DNA of 64,000 nucleotides from Podarcis tiliguerta (Eukaryota): NCBI GenBank assembly GCA_965153285.1, contig OZ229111.1; one strand, given 5' to 3'. The position numbers were made by a program, and so were the translations under genes. How positions within the stretch are numbered: the first letter of the stretch is position 1; each line of letters starts with the position of its first letter. The notes below the pieces were generated by a model, which worked only from the letters and a program-made list of their open reading frames with translations, ran no database searches and was not told the origin of the DNA. Below are positions 52,452 through 64,000 of this stretch, in pieces.

Positions 52452-53327
52452 TTCGAACAAGCTTTATAGAACGTTTAACAAACCACTTGTATCCCCATTG
52501 CTGCTTGAGCATTCAAACTACTCCAAAAGGTTAAAAGGTTACTGCAACAGGTCTAGCCTTGGCAGAAGCAAGCCCCCCCCCCCCCCCCGTGCGTGTTTAA
52601 TAAATTCACGCTTGAGATAATGCATTATTCCCATTTCTCATGGCAGAGAAGGAAACAGTACAACCTTGGTAAAAACTTAGCTCTGGCAAGATTACACCAA
52701 GAGCAAGCAATATTCTTGCTTCTTTTGAGAGACAGATAGAGGCCACTTTCTAGGACTGTGAGTGGGGGGCCTTGCAGCCCCCTAAGTGAGGCATTTGTTC
52801 TGTTAAAACAGCATTTGACATGTCGGAAAGACAGAAGGAAAAAAGCAAAAGTGTTGTAACAATTCTGCTTGAAACCAGTCAAGCTCATTTTTTTATTTCT
52901 TTTCCTAAAAAACCCCCAACAGCCACCACCCTTTAATGTTGGAAGTATACATGATATTTTACACAGGCTACATCTATCATCCTCAAAAACCCTTCCGCCC
53001 ACCCCAAATCCCACCCACGGTAAAGTACAGATTAATACAAGTTTACATAATACGAGACATTAAAACAGGCTTCTAATGTTTGCACAGGAAGGCAAGGCCA
53101 TTTAGGCAGCATCCCTCTGCCCCCAACATCCCAGTCAGAGGGCTGCAAAGCTGGGTTTGGTAAGCAAAAGGCTGAATATCCTTTATACCCATAGTAAAGT
53201 TAGTTACCCTGGGATGTGATTTAGCGAGCTTGGTAGAAGGAAAACACAGTATGTGACTGTGGGCAAGTTTCACCTATGTGTCACAGGCAATAATTAGAAT
53301 GATCCTCCCCCCCAATTCAGCATAGGA

Positions 53328-53464
53328 CAGCTTTCCGCAGCCTGTGCCATTCCAGATGTTGTTGGACTACAACTCTCAACTTCCCTGACCACTGACCTTG
53401 TTTGCTGGGTCTAATGGGAATTGTAGTCCAACCACTTCCAGAGAGCACTGGTTGTGGGAGGCTG
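53328..53464. mobile_element. ~135-bp palindromic hAT-Charlie-like MITE (other copies at 23890-23945, 41448-41571, 54067-54140 plus 55277-55333, 55541-55678, 63695-63818)
   Basis: Core ccagatgttgttggactacaactc...gggaattgtagtccaa is self-complementary; TSD gcatagga / gcctagga. Confidence 0.8.
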
Positions 53465-54142
53465 GCCTAGGACAAAGTACTGAGGGAAGGGTTAGCTCAC
53501 CAATGCTTCTCATGCCCAGCAAGTTAGGTCAGTATTATTGTCTGCATCCTGTGCAATAATAAAAAAATGAGGCACAGAGGTGTGTGTGTCATGGGCTGCT
53601 TTCAGACACAGCACTATCAGGCCAGGGCCCCTTCTGTGAAGGTTTTGCCAAGGATAGAGAGGTGTGTGGAAGGAGAGCACTGGGACTCGTGAGGAAGCAC
53701 CTCAAAATCTAGCAGAACGTGAACGAGAAAGGCCCTTAGAACTGAGACTGGGGTGGGTGGGGGAATGAGTCAAGTTGCTTCTCTTCATAGTAATTTATTT
53801 TGGTATAAAGCAATCTATTTTGGCATCATGTTGTAGTGTTTACTACCACACACATATAATCGAACAGGGAAGAGGGGGAAAGCACCTGGGCAGTACGTGT
53901 TGAGATGACATTACAGGGTTGCAAATTCTTTACCTATCTGATGACATCACTAGAGCAGTTATCATAGGTTCAGAGCACAAAAAGTGAATAATCAAATTTC
54001 ATCTCCCATATGGTACAAAGGATACCTTACTTACTGGCCATGCAAAGATGAATGAGACCTCTCTAACATAGAGATAACAAACGTGGTATCTTCCAGACAT
54101 TGTCAGACTACAACTCCCATCAACCCTGATCATTGGTTTAGC

Positions 54143-55276
54143 CGATTTATTAATTAATTTTGGAATATTGATAACTGCTAAATGTTACAAAATACCATAA
54201 CAGTATACAACAACAAAACAACAACAACAAAAGTAAAAATACAGTTTTTAAAAATAAAATACTGCAGTGAACATACAGGTACATAGAGGATAAGGTGATG
54301 TCTCAGATACCCTGGTACCAAGTTGTTTAGGGCTTTATACTCTTACCAGTAAAATCTTAAATTTGGTCCTTTAAAGCATTTTGCCATCCAGTGCAGTTCT
54401 CTCCACCTGGCCATAAGCTGTGACTCCACATTCTGCACCCGTTGCAGCTTCCCAACCAAACACAAGCTCTACACAGAGCACACTGCAGCAATTCCATTGC
54501 AAGGGGACCACTGCATGGGCCACTGAAGCTAAGCTATCCCTGTCTGGAAACAGCCATAGCTGGCACACCAGCCAAAACTACCAAGCATTCCAAGGTACTG
54601 GAGCCTCCAGTGATAACAATGGAACAAGCAGCACTCTCAGACTACATACCTGTCCCTTCAGAGGAAGTGCAACCCCACCCACAGCAGGTAACTGACCTCT
54701 ATCCTGGACAGTAGGTGCATACACGCACAGGGCCCTGAGTCTTACCAGGATTCAGCTTCAGTTTATCAACCCACCACTGAGTCTAGACAGTGGCTCTGGG
54801 CTTGCACACCATACCTGACTCAAATGCCAAAGAGAAAGAGTTGGGTGACTCAGTTTATCAATGGCACTTAGCTCCAAATATTCTAATGGCCTCACCCAAA
54901 GGCTTCATATAGGCATTAAACAGAACTGGGGACAAGATGGTAAGCTTTGGGACCTCTTAACATAACTGCTGGGAAGCCAACAGGCAATCTTCCAGTGCTA
55001 CTCTCTGAAACAGGCTCTGAAGGTAGGAACGGACCACTGAAGAACATGCCCCCAGGTCCCATCTCTCAGAGCCAGTCCAAGAACACCATGGTGGATGGTA
55101 TTAAAAGTCACAGAGATCAAGAAAGAGTAACATAGTCACACTCCCCCTATCCTTCTCTAGACAATGCTAATTTATCAGGGCAACCAAGGCTGATCTGTCT
55201 CCAAACCAAGCCAGAATCCAGACTAGAATGGATCTAGATAATCCGCATCCTCAAAGGATGCTTGAAGTTGCTTGAA
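54143..55276 (-). mobile_element. Decayed L2 LINE (RT to 3' end) inside the SH3PXD2B 3' UTR
   Basis: The - strand has gattatctagatccattctagtctggattc, near-identical to the + strand L2 at ~9331-9360; T-rich 3' UTR ends in aattaataaat. Confidence 0.85.
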
Positions 55277-57487
55277 GCTGGTGATGGGAGTTGTAGCCCA
55301 ACAACATTTAGGGTACCATGTTGGCTACCGCTGATCTAAGGGATGGACAGAAGAAACACTACAGCACTAAAAGGACAGTACCTGTATCTAAGTTGGGACT
55401 TTAGGGAAAATGACATGATGTGAACTTCAAGTGCTGATTTTCAGAAAGCAAAGTTAGGAGATGGACTCCTAAATCCTCCATTTTTTAAAAATACCCATTA
55501 TATAGGAAGATTTATGACAGTATGCAGATTTAACTTAAGCCAGCCTTCCTCGAACTAGTACCCTCCAGGTGTCGAGTTGCATGTTCTCACCACCCCTAAC
55601 TATTAGCCCTGCTGGCTGGGGCTCATATGATGGGGATTGTGGTTCAACATCCGGAAGGCACTAGAATGGGGAAGGTTGGCTTAAGTTAAATCTGCATACT
55701 ACCTGATTAAAGCAGGTAAGTGGGGTTCAGCCCATGGGAGACCAAACTAGGCAGACTCACACCAATAATACAGACATGGGAAATCATTGACCCTCTCTTG
55801 GTCAATGCAAACATGATTTTTTTTTTTACTGTTAGATCAGCAGTGAATCTATCCAGGTTTATATTTCTGAAAATAAAACCACTGATCCATTGCAGCAATG
55901 GTAAGTTTGAAAACATCTAAGATTGAGAGCAGGAGGCATTGTTCAACTGGCTTTTTCAGACCCTGGAGATGAATACACATACACATGTATTAAATGAAAT
56001 GGGGGCAAAGTATGGGAAGACATATATATTTCTAAACGCACATTTGATATTTCTTTCTCTGATGCCTCATGACCACTGCTCCAAAATATACATATGTCGT
56101 ATTAAGCACATTGTGCTCTGAACCCAACCCTCCTCTCATCAGAGCCATTTCCATGGCATCACAGAAAATTGCCATGGTCCATAGTTAAAGAGGCCAGGAT
56201 CAGACACATGCCTTCCCACTCAGATAAGTCAGAGCAGTTCACATTGCTCCAAGAACTATTGTTTTAGCCTCGCTGCATAACATCCATATTCCCCCCTCTC
56301 CACCCTACAAATCAACACATGGGTGAGAAACATGCTTTTTGAAAAGGGTAAGGAATAGATAAAGTGGGGAGGGGTACAGCAAAACCTCCGTCCCTTGTGA
56401 AATCTAGATGCTACTTCCAGGTTGGGAAGCCTTGCAGTATAAATTATTAGCACCCACTGGAGGGCTACCATCCTGGCAGCTGTCATCTACCAGACCTGAG
56501 GAATCATGATAGGACAGCACTAGAGATCTACTTGCGTACAGGCGTGAATGCAGCTGTGCAATCTGTCCCTGAAGAGGCAGCACTTTGTTCTGCTAGCAAT
56601 CCTCCTGCCAGGAGGTCTTGGGAGTTATTTGAAACCTTACAGCGGAACAGTATGGATAACCTAATATAATATCTGCTTTATTTACTAAAAGGAGACTATA
56701 ATACTGGGAGGGGAGCCTATACAAAGAGGTCAGCACAACAGACATCAAAAGAGGCATTAATGTGGGACCTACAGTGGCAGAAGGATTGCTCAAATATGGG
56801 GCAAAAGATACTTATACAAGGCTAGAAAGAATCTCTTAGCAGCTACTTGGACAGGCCTTTCCACCTAGGCATATCCTAGAACATCAAATTACTTATTCAG
56901 AGGCATATTAGCACCTGAACAACAGCAAAATGTGGCACATGGTATTTAACAAGGGAACTCAGCACAAACAGTGGCTTTTCAATTTCTCATTTCCATTCAT
57001 TGGTTAGTGGGACTCACTTCCATTTCCTTACCAAGCTGAAAACAAATCATCTCCCAGGTTTTTACATTCTAACATGTGTGTGCGGGCGTTTTGTTTGCTA
57101 CTGTGTGTTCCAGAACTTGAGCGACAATTTTAAAGAACACTTTTTTTTAATCAGCCAGCCCTGTGAGGGGCAGGTGGACCTAAACCACATGGAGGCTGGG
57201 GAAGGGATCAATTGTGTGTGTCTCTGTGAATTAACCTATTAAAAAGTATTTAGGGAATGAGCTGCCAAGAGTAGCAACAGTAGCAAAGCCACACTAATAG
57301 GAAGGCCTGTTTCCCTTGCTATTCTTTCTTGGAAATGACACAAGTTGGAATGTATGGTGTCCCAGATACTTAAAAAAATAATAATAGAGCCAGCCTTATG
57401 AAAAACTATAAATAAACTAATTAAATATTTTGATACTAAAATGGGGAATGTTGAGCTGCTGCTTAATCTGAAGACAAATGGAGGGGC

Positions 57488-59026
57488 TTATGGCTTTTTT
57501 CTGAGATAATTGGAAGGAATCCAGCCTTCCCAACATGGCGCTCCAGCAAGGACCTTGCAGAACCACCAACCACTGCTGTTCTTCTCTCGGACTTCAAACA
57601 AGGTCCCTTCTTTAAAGCTGCTGGTTTCTTCATCGCCATCAAAATCTGCCACAGCCACATAGAGGGCTTCTCTGGAGACGTCTGAACTGGTGATGGGGAC
57701 GGATCCTCTCTCCCTCTCCACAGGCTTGGGGATTCCCTTTGGGCCTAGGCCGCTTTTCGCTTTGGCATCATCTTGGCACGGAGCTGGCAGGAAACCTTTG
57801 GCTTTTGGTGGAACCAGCATCGGCCTGCCAGGCACAGAGGCAGCTCTCAGTTCAGGCACTTCCCTCTGTGGAGCTTTATTTTCCAGAGAGGGGGCAAACG
57901 AAGATGCAGGCAATGGTGTGGTGGCTTTCTTGGGAGGAGGAGGCCTCCTGGGTGGCACTACGGGCCGCTGAGGTGGTTCCCTGGAAGCTGGAAAGCTACC
58001 CTTGGAATCAGCCTCACTCAGCTTTGTGGAACCAAAAGGAACTTTGGATGAAGCAGCCTCCTTGAAGACTTGGCTGTCTGGTCTGGATGGAGGCCTCATC
58101 TCCACAGCTGGCCTTTCCTGAGACCGGACGGAAGATTCCACAGGAAGTGCGTTGTTACTGAAGGCACTCTCGCCAGCTGTGGGGTCCTGATCAGAAGGCT
58201 TCTCTTGCGCTTTGGCAGGCCTGAGTTTGCTCCTCAGGTTGCAAATGTCTAGTTTGTCATCTCCCTGAGGGGGATCTGTCCTAGGGGCTGCTGCTGGCTT
58301 GGGTCTGACCTGAGGCTTTGATTTCAGGAAAGGGTTCGGGATCCCGAGCTCAGGCTTGTCCTCTGGGGGCTCAACTTTTGGCTTGGCAGGCTTAACAGTG
58401 GGCCGAAGGTTCGGCTTCTTCACCTCTTTGGGAGACACCTTGTGCCCACACTCTAGCCCCATTTCATTTTTCAGCTGGAACAGTTTCCCCTTCTCTGTTT
58501 TGAGCTCTGGCTTCCTGTTGTCCCTCGGAGGGACAGCCTGCTTGGGGGGAATCGCAGGCAAAATCATGCCAGGAGGCTTCGGAGGTGGCCTCTGTTCCAA
58601 CCGCTGCCTTTCTATCAACTCCTCTTCGGATTTAATTATGGATTCCTTCCTCGGAGGGAGGCTCGGCTTCTCTTCGGTGTCCCGATCACAAATCTCCTCG
58701 TACCCCACGGAGAGAGATGCATCGCTGCTCTCTGGCAGGGCACCCTTGGAAACCTCCTTCGCTTTCCATTTCCCTGCACTGTCTATGTCATTGGGTGGTG
58801 CTTCAGGCAGAGGCCTGGACGGCCCAAAGGCTTCTCCATTAGAGCTGCTCTCCGCCACACTGTCGCCAAGCCGGAGCTGCGCCATTTCATTCGGCAGCGG
58901 TGCCAAGAAGTTAGGTCTAGATGCGTTGCTAGTTTTCTTGTACTTGTCAATGAAAGTAGCTGGTGCCCAGCCTTCCTTCTCCTCTATCTGGATGTACCAC
59001 CAACCACTCAAGTTCTTCTCAATGAC
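57488..59026 (-). CDS. SH3PXD2B: SH3PXD2B (TKS4) last coding exon: end of SH3#3, Pro-rich region, SH3#4, stop
   Basis: [45 protein letters not shown]...[16 protein letters not shown]...[14 protein letters not shown]...[36 protein letters not shown]...[14 protein letters not shown]. Acceptor ctttccttccgcag on the - strand. Confidence 0.97.
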   Translation of the reverse strand, partial: VIEKNLSGWWYIQIEEKEGWAPATFIDKYKKTSNASRPNFLAPLPNEMAQLRLGDSVAESSSNGEAFGPSRPLPEAPPNDIDSAGKWKAKEVSKGALPESSDASLSVGYEEICDRDTEEKPSLPPRKESIIKSEEELIERQRLEQRPPPKPPGMILPAIPPKQAVPPRDNRKPELKTEKGKLFQLKNEMGLECGHKVSPKEVKKPNLRPTVKPAKPKVEPPEDKPELGIPNPFLKSKPQVRPKPAAAPRTDPPQGDDKLDICNLRSKLRPAKAQEKPSDQDPTAGESAFSNNALPVESSVRSQERPAVEMRPPSRPDSQVFKEAASSKVPFGSTKLSEADSKGSFPASREPPQRPVVPPRRPPPPKKATTPLPASSFAPSLENKAPQREVPELRAASVPGRPMLVPPKAKGFLPAPCQDDAKAKSGLGPKGIPKPVERERGSVPITSSDVSREALYVAVADFDGDEETSSFKEGTLFEVREKNSSGWWFCKVLAGAPCWEGWIPSNYLRKKP

Positions 59027-59821
59027 CTGCGGAAGGAAAGAGAAACACCATGCCTTAGATCTCTTGCCGCACCAGTTGCTTCAACTGCTCACATCAAAGC
59101 TGAGGGGGTTACTTAAGAACAGAGGTGACTAACCCCCAGCCCAAGGATGAAGCCATGCCCCAGCAATTTCTTTTCTGCCTCCCTCCCAATTCTAGGAGCA
59201 AAGGTGGTGGTGGAGATTAAGGAAGAGCTTCCACTTTCAAAACCATCTTTTTAAATTGCCATGGAGTCTCATTTCAGCCTTGAATCTGGCATTTCCTCTT
59301 GTAGTTAAGGAACTGCAGAAAGCTGTAGCTTCCTTGTATTGCTCTTTAAACTTCTTATATTGTCCTAACCTTGGCCTTTCACTCTGCTTAACAGAATCTT
59401 CTGTTGCTGAATTTATCTGTCTGAAGGCGAGAATCATTTCACAAAGGACATTTCGTAGGTGTACAAGTTATTTTGTGTTTGTGCACACCTAGAAATGTAA
59501 TATGTGGATGCCATGCATGCATCTGTTGCAAGAGGAGTCATAGATTGGCTGCAACTCCTTGTTAACACTCAGTAACACAACTGGGCTTGTCTCAGTATAA
59601 TGTATAAAATTGCTGAGGCCCTTGTGCAATACAAAATATAATCATGAACTTCTAGCTAGTTTGCACTATTAAATGGGAATGACTCTCTTGTAGCGGAGCA
59701 TCCATACATGCATATGTATACAGAGCATCAAAAGTAGCAGGCCACCTTTCGAGTCAGCTCTCTTCTCCAAGCAAACGTGGACACACACAGCACAATAATC
59801 CAATTGGCCAAGAAAACTACT

Positions 59822-59840
59822 TGGCCACTAGGTGTCAGCA
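59822..59840 (+). promoter_or_regulatory. Candidate CTCF binding site
   Basis: TGGCCACTAGGTGTCAGCA closely fits the CTCF consensus TGGCCACYAGRKGGCAGYA; sequence match only. Confidence 0.55.
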
Positions 59841-60669
59841 ATGAGCCATAGATGAGGTACCGCCAGCAGGATACTAAACTCCATTTTTTTAAGGCTGATA
59901 CAGCTAATTAACATCCACATTTCTAAATGTGTGCCCGCGCACACACACACTGTAGCTGTGTGTGTGTTTTTATGGAGCGAATCACTTCAAGATTCTTGAA
60001 TATAGTGGTTGCATATATAAAATAAATAAAAATATTTTTAAAATGTAATTTTAATTGGGGATGGGGAAAGAAAAAGTGGGAGAGAAATGCAATAAATAAA
60101 TAAATAGTAAGCTGTATGCAAATATTTTAACCTGATAAGGCAAAATTCTGGCAAAGGAAAATGTGAAAGTTCAGGGTGAGCAGGCAGCTGGAGGAGATCA
60201 CTGCCTGCATTACCAGAAGCTGAAAGATGGTTGCAGTTTCAGCACACATTCCATTCATGGTGGAGAAGCAGAGAATACCTCCTTTTTATACTTCTCCCTT
60301 CTCCCAGTGAAACGGGCTGCTGTGCATGTGTGGAGGGAGGATGGAAAGGTGAGCTGCTCCACACACCTTTTAAAACGGAATACGAACATACCAGTCAGAC
60401 TAGAACACAGCACACCAGGGAGGATTATCCTTCCTTACTCACCGATAGGACAGAAATTTGACCCTCATCCCTAGTGCTTTTTTCTGGGGGTGGATGCAAG
60501 AGTACGCATACCCCTGAACAATTTGTCCATTTACTGTATTTATTTTCCCCGATTTGAGCTATAAAATGGTGATTTTCTTGAGTCAAAATGAGAGTACTCC
60601 TAAACATTTTTTTTTAGGAAAAAAGGACTGCTCATCCCTGTCAATCATCAGCATAACGCAACTGTATCA

Positions 60670-60906
<237 letters not shown>

Positions 60907-62280
60907 TTAGCCTACTTCTGTCCGAAGATGACAAGGGACAATATACCCCACTGCCCTCCAAAGTAGCCCACGAGGAAGGTAGCATTTGGCTGGCAGGTTC
61001 ATGTGGCTTCACTGATTTTACAGTTACTGCTGACAAGCTCATCTTTCAAGAGAGGCCACACGGGATTAAAGATGCTGGAGATGTTTAGCAGGTCTGGGCC
61101 TGGAAATGAACTTCCAGACGTCATACTGCTTGCCTCGAAGGGGAGGAGAGCCTTAGAAGCTCATGGATTCTTGGGCAGCTCAGATTAAAATTCAGATCTG
61201 CAGAGAAGTAATCCCAGCTTCAGCCTGCTTTGAATGGCTGCTCCTGGGAAAACTATCGCTGAAGAAGCAAAACCCCCTCACTTTCCCCCAAGGGATCTTC
61301 TTACCCTAAGAGTTCCCTCTGTGGGGTTTTATTTTCAACTCTCTGTAGACTCTTTTATCAGTGAATATAGTCACTTTCTAATACTATGATATAAAAGGAA
61401 TGACTTGGAAAATGGGCCAAGTTTGCTTTAAAAAACAAAATTTATTTCAGGAACATCTATACAGGACATATTTCAGCTGCTGACCTGCCAGCTGTGTGTG
61501 CTCCAGGGCCTCATGGGGAAGGCAATGTTTCCTTGGTCAATCTCTGAACTTGAGGGAAAGTTGTATGCATAGAGAAACACATGCATGAGGCTTATAAGCA
61601 AAGCTTTCCTTAGTCCATGCTCCCACGACGGATTAAGAATATATACGCTATATATATGCAGTGCACATTGTCATATATGGTAGGTAAGCAGGCTTATTTC
61701 CAGAGCACCTGTGCTATGGAAACTGCCACACCTGAAGTATATTTTGTGGGCAGCTGCAGCTATCTGCTGGCCATAAACACAACAGAAGAGGCCTGTGCAG
61801 CTACTTCAAAACAGAATGGTATATACTCATTCGTAAGGCAAGAGTCCCTTGACAGAAGAAAGCAGATCTGGGGGGGGGGGGGTTAAGCCTCACTCCTGCA
61901 CCAGCTATATTAGGTAGAACCACTGCACATGTGGATCACAAGGAGGAATATTAGGGAAGCTTCTCATGCAATGAATTTTGTGCATGGGATCAGTTGCACA
62001 GGGCATGCATGCAGAAAGCACTATTTCCCCCTTTATATATTGTGGCAATGGTCTGATCCTTGCCAGAGCATTATTTTATCACTTCCATATTCATCCATTC
62101 ATTAAGAAGCAAGTTACATATACGGACATGTTTGCACATGGGAATCTATGCCGAAATGCAAAATGCGGCAAGACCAAGCTGTGTCCCTTTCTACCACCAC
62201 TGGTCTAGCTTATTTTTGTTCTGTGTATTTAATAATGCACCAGAACTCCCCAGCTTAAAGCAACTGGGGGCAATACTTAC

Positions 62281-62330
62281 TATTGTGAGATCTCGACGAG
62301 GAGGGGGTCTCTGTCTCATCTTTGGTGACT
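62281..62330 (-). CDS. SH3PXD2B: SH3PXD2B 50-nt coding exon
   Basis: Not in the ORF track. Reads (K)SPKMRQRPPPRRDLTI; acceptor ttcttggcag, donor ATA|gtaagt; phase 1-0 joins the flanking exons in frame. Confidence 0.93.
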
Positions 62331-62818
62331 CTGCCAAGAAAATATTTCATTGTGATTGAAGGATATGAAAACATGCTTCAAAAAGTGATACTTAAGAAGA
62401 ACTAACAAGACCCCACCAGTCCAGTCTGAGGAAAAAAAGAGCAAGAGGGAAAGAGAGACTGAGTACGTATATTATAGAGACAGGGTGGGGGGGTGGGTAG
62501 GTTCTTCACACACAAACCTACACTAAAATCCTGAACAGCATGCCCCCCTAGATGCATAATGTCCCATCAACTGCCACCAAGTTTGAGATATGCTTCATTG
62601 GAGTAGCAGCAGAAGTAGAATGCAATACAAACATACACTAGAAAGGATTCCAAAATTTACTATCAGCTTTGCTGAACTGACCTAAATAACCCCAGTTCTT
62701 CCAATTATAATTCTCAAGAAGCCACAAAACTCAAGAGCCATGAAGACCTTCCTGCACCACACCAGGCTAGCATGTCCTACAAAGAACCCAAAACTATTGT
62801 TCATTCTTCCCAACTTAC

Positions 62819-63045
62819 TTCGCCTAAGGTCCACATTTGGCAATGGGCGACCATCAAACCTTCCATCTCTTTGGTTGTTCGGCCCATCCTTGTCTCGGCC
62901 CGCCGAGTTCTGCTGCCGGGAGATTCCATCCAGGTCTAGTGCATAGGAGTGGGCGGAAGTGGCAGATCCCAGTTTTGGAGCAAGCATGTCACCACTCCCC
63001 TTTTTCAGGTATGATGCTGGGGCCCAGCCCTCCTGACCCTGATAC
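62819..63045 (-). CDS. SH3PXD2B: SH3PXD2B coding exon (end of SH3#2 and linker)
   Basis: [26 protein letters not shown]...[40 protein letters not shown]. Acceptor attgctgcag, donor CGAA|gtaagt; 227 nt. Upstream exons lie beyond the window. Confidence 0.94.
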
Positions 63046-64000
63046 CTGCAGCAATATGAATGGTCAAATTATTTAGACTTCTGTCTCGTTCTTATCACGG
63101 CTACAGCCAGCTTGATTCATAGCAGTTCTTGAGAGGCACAAAAAGGGTTCTGAATCAACATTCTGAGAAATCAGACTGATCAATCCAGAGCCCCCTCCCC
63201 CCATTTCATTCTTCTGTTATCTGAGAGATACACTCTTGAATATCTTTCAAGACCCCATACCTTCACAATTATGAATGTTTGCTTAATGTTGATTAAGCAA
63301 ATTTATCTCCCATCTTTCCATACAGATGCCCAAGGTGGCTGTACCTCATTGGGGGAAAAGGCTATATACTGGCAGTATGCTATGCTGTAATAACCAGTCT
63401 CCAGATGTGGAATGGATTATGGCATACAGGGACAGCAAGACTAATCTGGAACACAGGAGTCTCCAACCCATTATGGGTGCATCATGGGCACAGAGAAAGA
63501 TCCTCTGATCATTTGTTACCTGAAATGCACTGGACTACTCTAATGTAGTGAGTCCAGGATCCTTTCTGCTTATTTTGAAGCAGCATGACAAATGTCACAG
63601 AGTCTAGTGGGCCTGCCTAAGGGCCACATTGCATATTGCCAAATCGACAGGTACATATTTGTAAACCATACGTATCAGCTGTGTCCCTCAAATGCAAGGA
63701 TAAGGGAACATGTGGCCCTCCAGATGTTGCTAGCCTACAATTCCCATAATCCTTGACCACTGGCCATGAGGCTGGTGGCAGATGGATGTTAAGAGCATCT
63801 GGAGGGGCTCCACCTCTGCTATATTGTGTAGAGGCAAACTGTGTACTCTCACCATGTAGACACCCGGGGGGTGGGTGGAACTTTTTCAGCCTACACCCCC
63901 TTCTGGGAAACCACAGGCAAAAGCAGTCAGAGCAGCAAATGAAAAATTTGCTGTTTGTACACTAGATTAGTTTTAATACATTCACATATCCCTCTCCATC

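Larger units (their letters stand above)
52430..57487 (-). other. SH3PXD2B: Probable SH3PXD2B 3' UTR (~5 kb)
   Basis: Follows the stop codon; the distal part (52440-53070) is U-rich on the - strand and ends at AATAAA. The end point is inferred; other AATAAA hexamers exist. Confidence 0.55.

Noticed and set aside
57690-59132. Long + strand ORFs (up to 258 aa) over the SH3PXD2B last exon
   Set aside because: Antisense shadow frames of a GC-rich coding exon.

Overview
AT-rich, CpG-depleted vertebrate genomic DNA. The Sauria/Squam-type SINEs point to a squamate, most likely a lacertid lizard. The window holds two convergent (tail-to-tail) spliced genes. On the + strand is NEURL1B (Neuralized E3 ligase 1B): four coding exons between 33975 and 42974 (NHR1, NHR2, Ser-rich linker, C-terminal RING), with a ~4.5 kb 3' UTR ending near AATAAA at 47479. 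Its short first coding exon was not securely found, so 1-33974 is probably intron 1. On the - strand are the last four coding exons of SH3PXD2B/TKS4 (63045 down to 57488), with a probable ~5 kb 3' UTR ending near 52446. The rest is intronic or intergenic DNA with SINEs, decayed L2/CR1 LINEs, hAT, Tc1-mariner and Harbinger-like MITEs (several nested) and microsatellites. No clearly new multi-gene system is evident. The best leads are a perfect 22-bp inverted repeat clamping a decayed MITE in the SH3PXD2B 3' UTR, a Penelope-type hammerhead ribozyme relic, a CpG-retaining 260-bp palindrome, an unexplained coding-like island at 28.4-29.1 kb, and a gene arrangement that mirrors the NEURL1-SH3PXD2A paralog pair. 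Family names and human comparisons are from recall, not from searches.
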